From positions 1 through 46,426 of the forward strand of contig JAAPAO010000254.1 of the NCBI GenBank assembly GCA_013115145.1: a DNA stretch of 46,426 bases. Direction: 5' to 3'. This DNA comes from Perkinsus chesapeaki ATCC PRA-425 (Eukaryota > Protista > Perkinsozoa). Numbering within the stretch: position 1 is the first letter of the stretch; every line of letters starts with the position of its first letter. This document shows, piece after piece, positions 13,110 through 24,295 of the stretch. Below the pieces are notes generated by a model. That model saw only the letters and a program-made list of their open reading frames with translations. It made no database searches and had not been told where the DNA came from. The position numbers and the translations under genes are program-made.

Positions 13110-13235
13110 CATATAGCAGGCATACAGCTACACATAGCAGGCATACAGCTACATATAGCAGGCATACAGCTACACATAGCAGGCATACAGCTACACATAG
13201 CAGGCATACAGCTACACATAGCAGGCATACAGCTA
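13110..13235. repeat. Minisatellite, 6 x 21 nt (CA[T/C]ATAGCAGGCATACAGCTA)
   Basis: Six head-to-tail copies differing at only one position. Confidence 0.95.
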
Positions 13236-13728
13236 GCTCTTAGGCCGGGCTGTGCGGCCACACTACTGTTGTGGTAACGCTGATACTCTTTTATCACTTC
13301 ATACCCCGACGGGGTCACCCCGTTCTCTCAGCTTCCGGCTGCTTATGCCACCACCAGTCAGAGGTTTCAGAGACGAGACGCCACTTCGACGACTCGGGCT
13401 CTATGGCATAAAGCCTATGCATCGTGCATGTCTCGTTTTTACATTTTTCATTCATTGCCCGATGGGCAATGCCCACTTAAAGCGGTCATCTCGAGTATAT
13501 CATTCAGGAGCCAATAACATACACGGGGACACACGAGTGATACTTTGCTGAATACGGTTTACGCATAATACTACCGGTTCGTTGGGACTGGTTTCTCTAT
13601 CAACAGTATTGTAGCTCAGTTCAAGTCTCGCAATGTTAACATTAGCTAGGGGTCTTCACGGGGGGCGATCTATCCTGCTACTAAGTCTTGCAAGCTTGCA
13701 GTGCATTGCTACACTTTTAAAGAGGTGA

Positions 13729-16560
13729 ACATGGTTATAGTCGAACAAAAAGCTTGCTATCATATTGCTCCCCTCAGTCATATCCCATCTGAGAGGTCCA
13801 TGAAGTCACCATTGAGTAGCTGGAAATGGTTTCATTTCTCACAAGTTATCGATCATTCTAAGGGTAGGTCCACGCGGGATATTACCTACACTCGTTGGTA
13901 CCAATAGCCAGCTCGTTGTAAAAATGGCATTCTTCAGAGGAACATCTTCTACGGTCCTCTGCACAATATGGTTCTTCGTATCACTGTTGTTGTAAGCGAT
14001 GCCTCTAGACAGGCCGACTGACTGCAATAAGTGACTGTGCTACAATAATTCGGATACATTCCCTTTATTTTACACAACTCCTTCCTGCAAGACGTAGTTC
14101 CAGAAACTCCCTCAGTTGCTCCTGTCAGGTCCGGAGCGTGGGGTTTTCAAGCAAGAATATCTCATGTCCGACGAGTTTTTCAACCATGCTAGACCGGTAG
14201 GGCTAAAAGCTATCTATTAATGTATATTAGTCTGATATCAGTTGATTTTTGTGGGCATCAGTGGTGTGGATCTGACTAAAGCACCTTTCTTTGAAGTAAA
14301 GCACGCCGCACGCCTAGCTATGGCGTCAGTATTCTCACTCGAACTGAGGTACATGCACGACATAGATACCACCAGACTTCAGGGATCAGGTATTCTGGTT
14401 CAACCTTCCCCATAAAAGATTTCTCTACTGCTACATTGAAAAGGTTGTTCACAAACCAACAAATGGTTGACGATGTCGCATTCTTCGGTGCCAAATTGAA
14501 GGCAAAGTACAACGGTGCGAAAATAGTTGTCTTTGGATGCAGCAGAGCTGGGGTATTATGTTTCTCCCACTGAACTAGCAAGACTCGCTCAATTCAGACC
14601 ATCGCTGCCTTGGCACGTCAGAGGTATCCTGATATCTTTCTCGGGGCTGTTGTATCTTCTGGTGCATTCAAGTTCAAACTGGTAGACGAGATGTAAGGTG
14701 GAAGGATGGGTTGTCTTCGCACAGCTCCAACTCAGAAGAGTTCAGCAGCTGAACTTCAGCTCCTTTCCGTTCACTGACTGATGTATTAAGTGAAACTACA
14801 GTGTAGTCACTACACTAATGTAGATAGCTTGTAGAACTTTTGCGGGGATAGCAATACTTGGAAAGTAGGCAAAAGTTAGTGTAGTTAGAAGTACGGCCCG
14901 ATATTGGTTTACGTATCCTACCCCTACCTCGAAATTGATGTCCCTATCCTACCCTTACCTCGAAATTGATGTCCCTATTCGCGAAAATGGTTCCCTTATT
15001 TGTGAAATTGGTGGCCTTTAACGCGAAACAGATTTCTGAAAAATGTAGTACTGCAAACCAAATGTACTTCTACGATGGGTTGATGATCGCCTAGAAGTCA
15101 GAGTAGATTGATCTCATCAAGTTGATGAGATCAATGATGGCTTCATCAAGTTGAATTTGCCTCAGTGATGTAAGACAACCATATACCTCTCATCTAGATA
15201 ACAACAATCTCCAATTGGCTGTGAAAAGCCAGTATCTTGTAGTTGTTTGCACACAATTTACAGCACTTGTGTGTGATATACAGTAGATCACTTGTAATAA
15301 GGTACAACCAAATCGTATCCCAAGACTTATCCAAACCAAGTCTGGGCGGTAGTTTAGAGTGCCTGGATGTGGTAAGCCGGTAGACAACAAGATTAATCAT
15401 AGGCTAAAAGTAGGTTGTTCAAGCCCACGCTGATCTCGCCCGTGCAATGATGGATCCTCAAGATCGTCGGGGCGTCGAGCAGAAATTAGGATTCTGTGAG
15501 GGAGTCCTAGAAGACGTAACAAATCAAGTGTATGCGTAAGCATGCAGTATTGCGTTTCAAACATCGAGGCACCGCTTCAGCACAAGCGATGGAAGCCTCC
15601 TTGGAATGTTGGTGCAGGAAAATGATCCCTTTTGTAAGCACGATTACTGCAATATAGACAGGGTCTGTGGCAGGCTTACAAGGAGCGGGTAAGTACAGGA
15701 TTCAGGAGCCTGCATATATTACTATATATTCAGTAATGAATCACCACTTGATAAGCTTGCTGATGTTTACAATACGAATGTCCCGCTACGACCCCGCACG
15801 TGTCGACAGAAGAGGGCAGATAAGTTGATCAATTTGTAGGTCGGATCTGAGACGAAATGTGCATATCGCTGGTTTATGTCACATTTGGAATAATACAATG
15901 TATTCAATGTATTCTCAGGCTCAAGAATGAGACCAGCTCGAACGTCAGTAGAATGAGTATCTTTTACATATGCCACAGTCGCGGCCTTTTTGCTGAGTGT
16001 AAGGAAGGATCATGTCCTTTTTATACTGGGTTTAACAACTGGGTTGATTTTTGGTTAATGGTATGCCATAAGGGCTTTGGCTTGCCGAGAGAGCAGGTAA
16101 ATATAGCCGGGTGAGAGAATAATCTTATGAACCCCAAGGTACTCAAGAACGTTCAAGTAACCCGAAAATACGTTGAAGAAAATCTTCACGGAGCTACTAA
16201 TATTCTATTGATTAACGGTGACACTGATCCTTGGTATCCACAGTCGATTACTCGTGGCAGACCAGGCCTGGAAGTGATGAATGTAGAACAACTGGCATAA
16301 CATAATTACATCAAGCAAGTTGTTGATACGTGTTTAGGTACCTAACGAGGCACACTGTGCTTGGTGCCACATGCCCAATCAGTAAGTGTCGAAGCGATCC
16401 CATTTCTTAATGATTACCAGCCGAGGGATCTCCCAGAGCCTGTCGCACATTTCTCTAAAGATATCCCAGTTCTGCCTACTCTCAATTCGTATCTACTTTT
16501 CTGATCAGACGTGTCGTAGAAGGTATCCATAATGCGGTGGGGAAGTGGACAATCGCGTGA
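13729..16560 (+). CDS. Serine carboxypeptidase family S28 (PRCP/thymus-specific serine protease-like), multi-exon
   Basis: Spliced motifs in the expected order: WFHFSQVIDH; SLELRYSGSTFP; QQMVDDVAFF; IVVFGCSRAGTIAALARQRYPDIFLGAVVSSG; ATNILLINGDTDPW; EAHCAW. The start is approximate. Confidence 0.85.
14914..14975. repeat. 2 x 31-nt direct repeat inside the S28 gene (intron), followed by degenerate 21-nt-like units
   Basis: TATCCTACCC(C/T)TACCTCGAAATTGATGTCCC occurs twice with one mismatch. Confidence 0.85.
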
Positions 16561-16880
16561 GATGCACGCGGACTCAAGGCTGATGACTAATAGCCCGATC
16601 TCGCATTTGTACTTGTCATAAAGTAGTCGTCTGATGTCTGTCGGTGTGCAAGCTTAGCGGTAACATCGCATATGTTGATTTGTGTAGCATGAGCATCGAT
16701 CGCAGTCGAGACTCATTTATCACTCAGTCGGCGTTGTGTGTTGGAAAGTTGGAAACCACTCAAGGCATGAACAAACCGAGATAATACTTATGCCCACCTA
16801 TTGCTGCGGCACGTCGGGGGGAGGAGGACTCCGAAGCGAAGACACTAATCATTTCCTATTGGCGTAACGCATTTGCACCG

Positions 16881-17510
16881 TTAGCTGCTGCATTGGCTCA
16901 ATCCTTTTATCAGACTGAATTCGCCAATAACATTGAATAATTGATGGACTAACTTCAGTACAAACTCACGTTGTGACACAATCAAATATCTAAATTAAAA
17001 ATCACTCTGCTGGGAATCGAACTCGCGTCCACCTGGGCTTGTGCCGATGGCGCATAAACCGCCACCGTGTTCAGATGTAGATTGTAGGTGAACCGCCGGT
17101 CTATTATGGATGTGATATTATCATTGATCTATTGTTGATAGTTGTTTTATTTTCATAATGCCACATTCATTCGACCCTTTTAATCAAATGCCCACTGGAG
17201 ATTATTCCAATTCGGTTCATATAACCATGATGGATTCAACAACTCCACCAAAGACATCAGGAGGAGGGAAGTCGTTGGACGAGGCACAAAGCGATATCGT
17301 CGGAAATCTTGATCTTAAAAAGTTCAAGATAATGGGAACACCATCAACTGTAATAGTATCTTTATCATCTCTGAAATGTACACTTCAATCTCTCTTAGCT
17401 CTCCGTGTTTTCTGACACCTCTAGCGCTGTTATCTCTACACCAGAGCCAGAACCACAATGCCTGCTTGCATGTGGAGTACTGGGCAAGGGTCGTGTGGTT
17501 ACTATCGGTC
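16881..17510 (-). CDS. Small multi-exon hypothetical protein
   Basis: Joinable exons ...YNLHLNTVAVYAPSAQAQ|IFDCVT|TLIKGLSQCSS-stop across GT-AG introns. The 5' part is unresolved. Confidence 0.35.
16990..17032 (-). other. 43-nt intron made of a tRNA-like T-arm/3' end plus T-run
   Basis: GTGGACGCGAGTTCGATTCCCAGCAGAGTGATTTTTAATTTAG on the minus strand. Confidence 0.6.
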
Positions 17511-17695
17511 ATGAAGGGTAATAGGGTTGAGGTTATTAATGTTGTATCTTAACAGATCTTCCATATAGACTAACCCATCAACTATTTGAACTTTGACATT
17601 ATATAAATTATAATTGTTGATTAAACTTTGACAGATATTAACATATTTAATGATCTATTTTCTAGTACGGTATCTCTGGTAGGCTGTCTTTAGAA

Positions 17696-19993
17696 ATGCC
17701 TTTATTTATGATAATTCCGCTATTATCCAGGTACATATCATTAGCCTTGGATGATGCCCCTCGAGATGAGGAATCTAAGGTTGCAGTTGAAGTCATGCAT
17801 CGAGCTAGGATATGGGCTTCCAGATCTGATAGGGCTGTTGTCGCTCGCTTGCATGAGGATCATAACACTATCATGACAAGAAGTGACTTTGACGTCATTG
17901 CGGTTCGAACCAACGACCTTCCGCTGAGAAGCCCGACGACTCCCCAAGTGGTGAATCGAGTCCTTTCTCTCGTACGAGATGAGGGTGTTGGGCTGTTGAT
18001 TGGCATTAACGGTTGGGGATGGGAATGCCTCAATAAAGGGCATACTATAGTGGAGCATCCAATGCAATCGATCGCGCTTCAAGCTGGGATATGCTTTGAA
18101 GCTGAGTATCTTCCTGGTTGTCGACCATTGAGTGGTGATAGAAAGGTTACCCAATTGAGTGAAGTTAGTAAGGCATCGTTCCACACTTTGGTTCCTCTAA
18201 TGAAGGTTTGTGTGGTGCCTGGCAAGTCCACCCCAATCGGTGATATGGTACTAGGAGCAGTTGATCAACGATTACATCTTACAGATGATGACAAGAGGAT
18301 GATACGACAGCTGCTGGTAGATGGAGCTTCAGGGAGATGGAGAGCCGGCAATGGAGTTACCAAGACAAATCTTATGCAGCTCCTTGGAACATTTTTGGAA
18401 TTCGCACCACAGAAGATTCCTGGTGATGTCCGCTTGCAGGACGCTATCCATTATGCTGGCAAAGACTTCCCGGGTGTCTGTCCTGCTCCCGGTCAGGACG
18501 CATTGAGCCTGTCTGAAGGCACTGGGCAGGGAGAGGAGGTTGAAGTTCATTTCGAAGCTGTGTTGAAAGATACGCCCCATTCCTCGGTGACAGGGCGTAG
18601 CTTCGACCCTTGGATCAGTACAGGGGTGTATGCAAGGCCGGGGGAGACCATTCGAGTTAGTTTGGAATCTTTAATAAGATGCTCGAATGCTGAGGAGGCC
18701 GCTAAAGGGCAAGGCAGCCCAGTGCAGATGGCTGAGGTTCTGGCGGAGGATAGCGGGTTCAGGGTCAGAATCGGGTGCCATAAAGATGACAATTCAAAGT
18801 TGGACAGCTGGAGAAGGTGGCCTAGAATCTCTGCGGCGAGTAAAGATATCCTTTCTGGGAAGAATCTTGAGGTTGAGCTCACATCTGTGTTTGGTGGTCT
18901 AGTCTATATTGAGAGGATCCGTGAAAATGGAGTCGAGCCGAGTAAAGCAGGCAATGTGAATCTTAATGTTGATTCCATCCTGATGGCTTGCGCACGCGTG
19001 CAAGGCGGTGTTCCGGCCCTTTGGTGGTGCAGTGGTGTTTGGATGCTCGGTGGTCGTCCTGCGGAGAATCTCAAAAACCTTCCGCGTGCGGAGAATGCGT
19101 ATCCTCCTTGGGGTGAGGTCCAAGCTAAGCATCTTATCTTGACCCTTCCCACCCGGCTCCTCCTTGACCATGCTCTCGCCCTTAATGATGGTTGGGCTGA
19201 AACTGTCGCCGATTTTTGGGACAGAGTTGTGCGCAGTCATTGTGACATCGCCTGTCGACCAGTCTGTGGCGAGGAGCGTTTCCGCTTCGTATTTGATGTG
19301 CAGATATCTGCTGGCTGGATGCATAGTGGTTATCCTGTAATGGCACACGAGAAGCCGACAGCCGAAGATTCCTGCGCGGTTTGGGGGCCGGCGAATCTTC
19401 GTGGCGCGCACAGCCCTGGTAAGCTTCTCACGGACGGCGATTGGGGCCTCTTCCATGAGCTGGGGCATCATTTCCAGCGAAGGAGATGGACCTATAAATC
19501 CTGTGGAGAAGTTACGGTGAATCTGTTCAGTATGTACAGCATGATGACAATTATTGGTAAAAAGATTCCTACCAAAGATATGTCCAATGTTAAGGAAGGT
19601 CACCAGAAGGCTGAGGATTTCATAACTCAGAGGATCGCCTGTGAGGGAGGGGGACAGAATATCATTTCGGCTGCGCAGTGTCGGAAGCCTATAACTGATG
19701 CGTTGGATCAATGGAGCCCTTGGGTTGGTCTCACCATGTACGTCGATGTCATCGAGACCTTCGGCTGGGAGCTGCTGAGGAATGTTTTGAGGAGTTTCGA
19801 GCAGGATGGCACCTACGACCAGCAACCAGATCCCACTGAGTGGTGGGCGAGAGTGAGCAAAGCCTGTGGGGAGGGATTGTCACTTTACTGTCGGGTTTGG
19901 GGTGTACCAGTCGATCTGGATAGGATGGATAGGGAAGGTGGTGATTCGAGGGAACAATGGCTGCCAAGGTGGATTCAAGAAAAACTTATGTGA
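17696..19993 (+). CDS. Peptidase M60 / enhancin / TCAF(FAM115)-like zinc metallopeptidase, intronless
   Basis: 765-aa ORF with WISTGVYARPGE, VRIGCHKDD, FGGLVYI, PWGE, DVQISAGWMHSGYPVM and GDWGLFHELGH (HEXXH), followed by GEVTVNLFS (gluzincin third ligand). Confidence 0.92.
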   Translation: MPLFMIIPLLSRYISLALDDAPRDEESKVAVEVMHRARIWASRSDRAVVARLHEDHNTIMTRSDFDVIAVRTNDLPLRSPTTPQVVNRVLSLVRDEGVGLLIGINGWGWECLNKGHTIVEHPMQSIALQAGICFEAEYLPGCRPLSGDRKVTQLSEVSKASFHTLVPLMKVCVVPGKSTPIGDMVLGAVDQRLHLTDDDKRMIRQLLVDGASGRWRAGNGVTKTNLMQLLGTFLEFAPQKIPGDVRLQDAIHYAGKDFPGVCPAPGQDALSLSEGTGQGEEVEVHFEAVLKDTPHSSVTGRSFDPWISTGVYARPGETIRVSLESLIRCSNAEEAAKGQGSPVQMAEVLAEDSGFRVRIGCHKDDNSKLDSWRRWPRISAASKDILSGKNLEVELTSVFGGLVYIERIRENGVEPSKAGNVNLNVDSILMACARVQGGVPALWWCSGVWMLGGRPAENLKNLPRAENAYPPWGEVQAKHLILTLPTRLLLDHALALNDGWAETVADFWDRVVRSHCDIACRPVCGEERFRFVFDVQISAGWMHSGYPVMAHEKPTAEDSCAVWGPANLRGAHSPGKLLTDGDWGLFHELGHHFQRRRWTYKSCGEVTVNLFSMYSMMTIIGKKIPTKDMSNVKEGHQKAEDFITQRIACEGGGQNIISAAQCRKPITDALDQWSPWVGLTMYVDVIETFGWELLRNVLRSFEQDGTYDQQPDPTEWWARVSKACGEGLSLYCRVWGVPVDLDRMDREGGDSREQWLPRWIQEKLM

Positions 19994-20102
19994 GCCTTTA
20001 AAGGTTAATATTGACAGTTTATCGATAAATATAGGGGTTGCGTTGAGTTTAATTTGACATACTTTGTATCTTGCACGGTTTTAGCTTGGATTCTTCCGGA
20101 AC

Positions 20103-21056
20103 ATGGCTGCAAAGCCAGCTGCGAAGACCAAGGGTGAGAGACGCGGGTTCTATCCTCGGTGAGGGTGTTTTGTGATTTACTTAGGAAAGGAGATCAAAAC
20201 GAAAGGAATTCAAAAGAATGGGAAGAAGAATGCACACATTCATAAAGAAGGTAGTTTTCGAGAGGCATGCAATCTGACCTATTGTGTATCTTACCGGTTT
20301 CGGGCTTAGATACCAGAAAGAGCGAGTCTTCGACCGAGTCGATCGATGACATTTTCGGAGCTTTGAAGAAGGCACCAGTAAAGTTGAACCATGCATCTGA
20401 CGCAGAAAAAGATACTTCCAACAAAGCGATATCAGCTTCGTCATTATCGTCATCATCATCAATTCGGCCAAAGGGGCCCCTTGACGACCCGCTTGGACTC
20501 GCAAACCAATCAGAAGGGTCTCGTAAAAGGACGGAGGAAGGTTATAAAATATACACCGAAGAGGAACTTCGTATAGGAAAGGGAGGAAGTAATAATAGGA
20601 GGGGCAGGGGGGAAAGGTATAATGGTGTTATTAATAAGAATGAGATGTTAGATTGAATAATACTAAGGTATTGAATCAGTTCATCTTTCAAGTTGGTAGA
20701 GGCATGCTTATTAAACATATTAGTATAATAATAATATATAGCTCTGATCGGTCGTCCAAATAATCGTCCCTTCGTCACCGACTCACAGTATTAGTTATTT
20801 AATATAAAGGCTGCTTTCATACAGTTACTCGGCTAACTGTATGATCTCTTTTTCGACCCTCCTGTATACCCCCTCACTCAGAGTAACTCGAAGACTTTCC
20901 AAAATGTATTAGCAATTCGATTTGGTTTATAATGTCGAGCTTTAATACAAGTAGTTCAGCAAATAGGGCTCTTTAGTGGGGGGGCTCCATCTTAACCTAT
21001 TTAGTATCTTTTCAGATACTCCCGATTGTCCGTTCGATTGTTGGTGTTGTTTCTAG
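20103..21056 (+). CDS. DUF1764-family eukaryotic protein of unknown function
   Basis: Starts MAAKPAAKTK. Contains DDIFGAL, SRKRTEEGYKIYTEEELRIGKGG and, after an intron, TPDCPFDCWCCF-stop (21054-21056), the DUF1764 C-terminal signature. Confidence 0.85.
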
Positions 21057-21174
21057 TATTAACGTAAATTACTCAAGAGTTACTTGTTACTATTCCCCAG
21101 AGATTCTCGTCGAGTTCGGTTGTAGGCATTTTGAGCTGTGTTGTATCTTGCATGCTTCAAGGTTGGATTCTCTT

Positions 21175-23653
21175 ATGTCATCTGATTCTCTTCCTTCGGG
21201 TTGGACCCGATACACTACCGATGATGGTGAGGAATATTTCTTTAACGAAATTACCGAAGTAACTCAATGGGATCGGCCCACTCAACCGGCAACACGAGCC
21301 AGCGGCGGAGTAGGGAAGAAGAAGAATAAGAAGGATAAAGGAGAGTAATAATAACAGCGATGGACTACTGGAAATGCCCGACTAATAATAACGACTATGT
21401 GCTGTAGACGATTTGGATGGTAATTTGTAATAATAAAATATTATATATTGGTTAATTGATCACATTCCGGCAAACGGTTCGAGGGGGATTAGGTTGAACA
21501 AAGTAATTGGGTATAGAGTGGCTTTGCATCAGGTATGTCCCGATCGATGCTGGAGCTTTGATGGACGAAGGTTTCGAGGCTGCAGATGATAATGACACAA
21601 GAGGGAGTATGCCTCCGTCTCAAGGTAATTACGTGGCGCGTGACTGGAGCGGATAACTCGATGAAATGTTCGTGTGAATTGTGGGAAATTGGATGAGATT
21701 AAGATAAGGCAAAAACAATAGAAGAAAATTCAGAACAGAAATTTAACTCGGGTTTTTGGGGTTTTCGGGTTTCTTGGGAAGAAATTTCTTCATCAGGTCC
21801 GATCAAATACGACGTTCCGATGGTAAACTTCGGAAATGATTCAAACACAACAACAGAGGGGGAGGAGACGAATCCAAATCGATCAGCCGATCGATCCAAA
21901 GTCCTCAACCTCGACGGGCAACTAGATTCAGCTCCGAAGCGTTCAACTGGGGCAGAAGATGCCCCACAGTCCTCATCATCATCAACTGGAAGTTGGCTTT
22001 GGTCTAAATTGACTTGTGGACTGACATTAAGTTATATACAGGATAACTTCTTTGATGTAATAGGTCCCGGGTTCGATCCCTGACTGAAGTGTTTTCATCA
22101 TTTTTAGGTTACATCTCGCGATGTTCAGGGTCGTCTTTTCCTTGCAATGTGGCCATACAGGTGACTAAAATTTCCCGGAATCTCTGCAGATTTTTTTATT
22201 TTTTTTCTGTCAGGCTCTCTCTACTATCGCCAAGCTCATCCCTTCATTTGCCGTCTCCCGGTGGTTCTTCTCAAACCGGCGGTCGAATCGCTCAGTTTTT
22301 CGGTTCACATTTTGCGGATTCTATCCAGTTGTTATCTTCATATAGGAGCAATCCTGACCTCTGGGGTAATCGAAAGGTCCCGAGTTCGAATCCCGCACCT
22401 GTCATCAATTTTCAGGCCCGTTTTGGATCTGTACAACTGCTGTTATTTTTCTCACCGCGACCGCTAATTTCTCTCGTCAATTATTGGGCGGGAATGAAGA
22501 GAAAGGTCATATCACAGATTACACTTTAGCGGGTAGGTCGTGGGTTCGATTCCCGACTCGTGCATTTTTCCTCTAAAAATATTCCATACAGCCTTTATGA
22601 TAAAGGTAAAAAATGTACGACTAATGATTTGGTAATTTACGATGCTTTTTACATTCCTTGTGTATACCGCGATACAGACAAACTGCCGGCGAAGGATTTC
22701 CTGAATAAATAATTGAATGCGGAGGAATGAGTGTGTTGTATTTGTGGTTGGTGTCAGGCACCGCGTGGTTTGTCCTATTTGGTGTCATGATACTCGGTCC
22801 TTTAATCACATTAGGGCTTCTTGTATGGGCTACGAATCAGTCGGGGAACTCTGAATCGGAAGAGTCTGGCTGGTGGACAAATCTTCCAGCATGGCTTCAA
22901 CCGGGGACAGGACGACACAATACCTATGTTATTGATGATAGCACTACTAATACAATTGATAACTATGCTGTCCCTCCAGCTCATGGTCAGACAGGTGGTG
23001 GGAAGACATCTCTTTGGCTGTTATTAACTAGTGCTTATGGTTACAGTATGTCGGTGATGCTGCCAATGTCAATATTATGGATAGTACCTATTGGATGGGT
23101 TAAGACATTGACCTGTGCTTTAGGGTAAGAGGAGGAATAAGTGAGAGATCGAAGCATAGGAACTAGGAAGAAAGTTGCGAAGCTTTCAGAAAATAACAAA
23201 CTAGAAGAGTAGTTTGTAAAAATATAAAATATGACTCTATGAATGCTGTAATTTATGTGGGTAATTATTGGTATTAAACCATCTGTAAAGTGAGCAGCTG
23301 TAGTGGCTTTATCAACTCTGTTTCGGATGCATCCACCGAATTTCGGTGTTTTAACATAGTAGATTTAATAAGCAGCTGGTTGATGTTATTTCAGGTTCCT
23401 AACTGCGATGGTTTTCCTTTATATAACCTTATTACGTACAGGAGGAGTTGATGGTACTGCGTCTGGTGATTCACCAATACTTCAGAGATTGGGTGTCACC
23501 ACTTCAAATGCGAAGACTAGGGTACAAGTTGCTTTAATAACTGCTTTGGTAGCTGTTGTGATGGAGGGAGGTATCTGGGCTTCATGCAGGTAAGATACAA
23601 AACAGGTCAAGAATGTTACTAGTGATTTCTTTAGGTTATATTTTCTCGCTTGA
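21175..23653 (+). CDS. WW domain + Yip1 domain (YIPF1/2-like) membrane protein, multi-exon
   Basis: N-terminal WW domain LPSGWTRYTTDDGEEYFFNEITEVTQWDRP. Spliced Yip1 motifs FFD|VTSRDVQGRLFLAMWP, NPDLW|GPFWICTTAVIF and SAYGYSMSVMLPMSILWIVP. Ends CR|LYFLA-stop. Confidence 0.85.
22057..22107 (+). other. 51-nt Yip1 intron with tRNA-like T-arm and T-run
   Basis: GTAATAGGTCCCGGGTTCGATCCCTGACTGAAGTGTTTT...TAG. Removal gives FFD|VTSRDV. Confidence 0.85.
22366..22415 (+). other. 50-nt Yip1 intron resembling a tRNA 3' half
   Basis: GTAATCGAAAGGTCCCGAGTTCGAATCCCGCACCTGTCATCAATTTTCAG. Removal restores the conserved PDLWGPFWI. Confidence 0.9.
22533..22757 (+). other. Yip1 intron starting with a tRNA-like T-arm/3' end plus TTTTT (acceptor 22757 preferred, 22591 possible)
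   Basis: GTAGGTCGTGGGTTCGATTCCCGACTCGTGCATTTTT lies directly after the donor. Acceptor 22757 gives DYTLA|GTAWFVLFG. Confidence 0.75.
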
Positions 23654-23699
23654 ATGCGGATAGTATTAAAGCTGGCAGCAGACTAACTGTACTTTTCTG

Positions 23700-24275
23700 A
23701 GCTCTAATATGACTTGATTTTTTAAAACTTGTGAAGTATTTCTGGAAAATTATGATTCCATGAATCGTATGAAAAGTTGATAAACCTTCTTGTTGAGTGT
23801 GACGGCATGAGATATGTTCGTACCTCATCATCATCCCTAGTTAGGATTCCCTGAAGCTCTGCTCGGATGGGTACCTCTCACCAAAATCTTGGACGTTCCG
23901 GAAATATCCGATTTGACTTCCTCTAAGAGAAGTTGGTCAAGTTGCTAACTTTCAGTGTCAATTAACTCCACCACTCGACTCACTCTATATCATCACGTAA
24001 CTGACGGGCAATAAGATTCCAAATAGTCCAAACTCTCGGCGGCCAATAACTCGTCATCGTCGGAGTGTTGCTGTTTGTTTCTGATAGTTCTTCTATCTCG
24101 CCATTGGCCTTTGTACCTGTTCCTTTATAAAAATCACCACAAAGAGTTATCTTAAATTGAATGGAATCAATTCGATATAAGCGAAGTCGTCCAGGAGATT
24201 GCTGTCATCATCATTATCAACTTCAACAACTCCTTCAAGGCTCACTTCCACCCGCTGGAGATAAACTACAGTCAT
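23700..24275 (-). CDS. Small multi-exon hypothetical protein, head-to-head with the CCDC97-like gene
   Basis: Exon-like frames MTVVYLQRVEVSLEGVVEVDNDDSNLLDDFAYIELIPF and RYKGQWRDRRTIRNKQQHSDDDELLAAESLDYLESYC. Structure unresolved. Confidence 0.35.
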
Positions 24276-24295
24276 CTAGTGTCGTAGAGGCCGTC

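Noticed and set aside
13110-13235. CRISPR array
   Set aside because: The repeats are contiguous with no unique spacers, no cas genes are present, and the context is eukaryotic.
18899-19825. 308-aa minus-strand ORF
   Set aside because: It is the antisense shadow of the M60 peptidase ORF and has no domain features.
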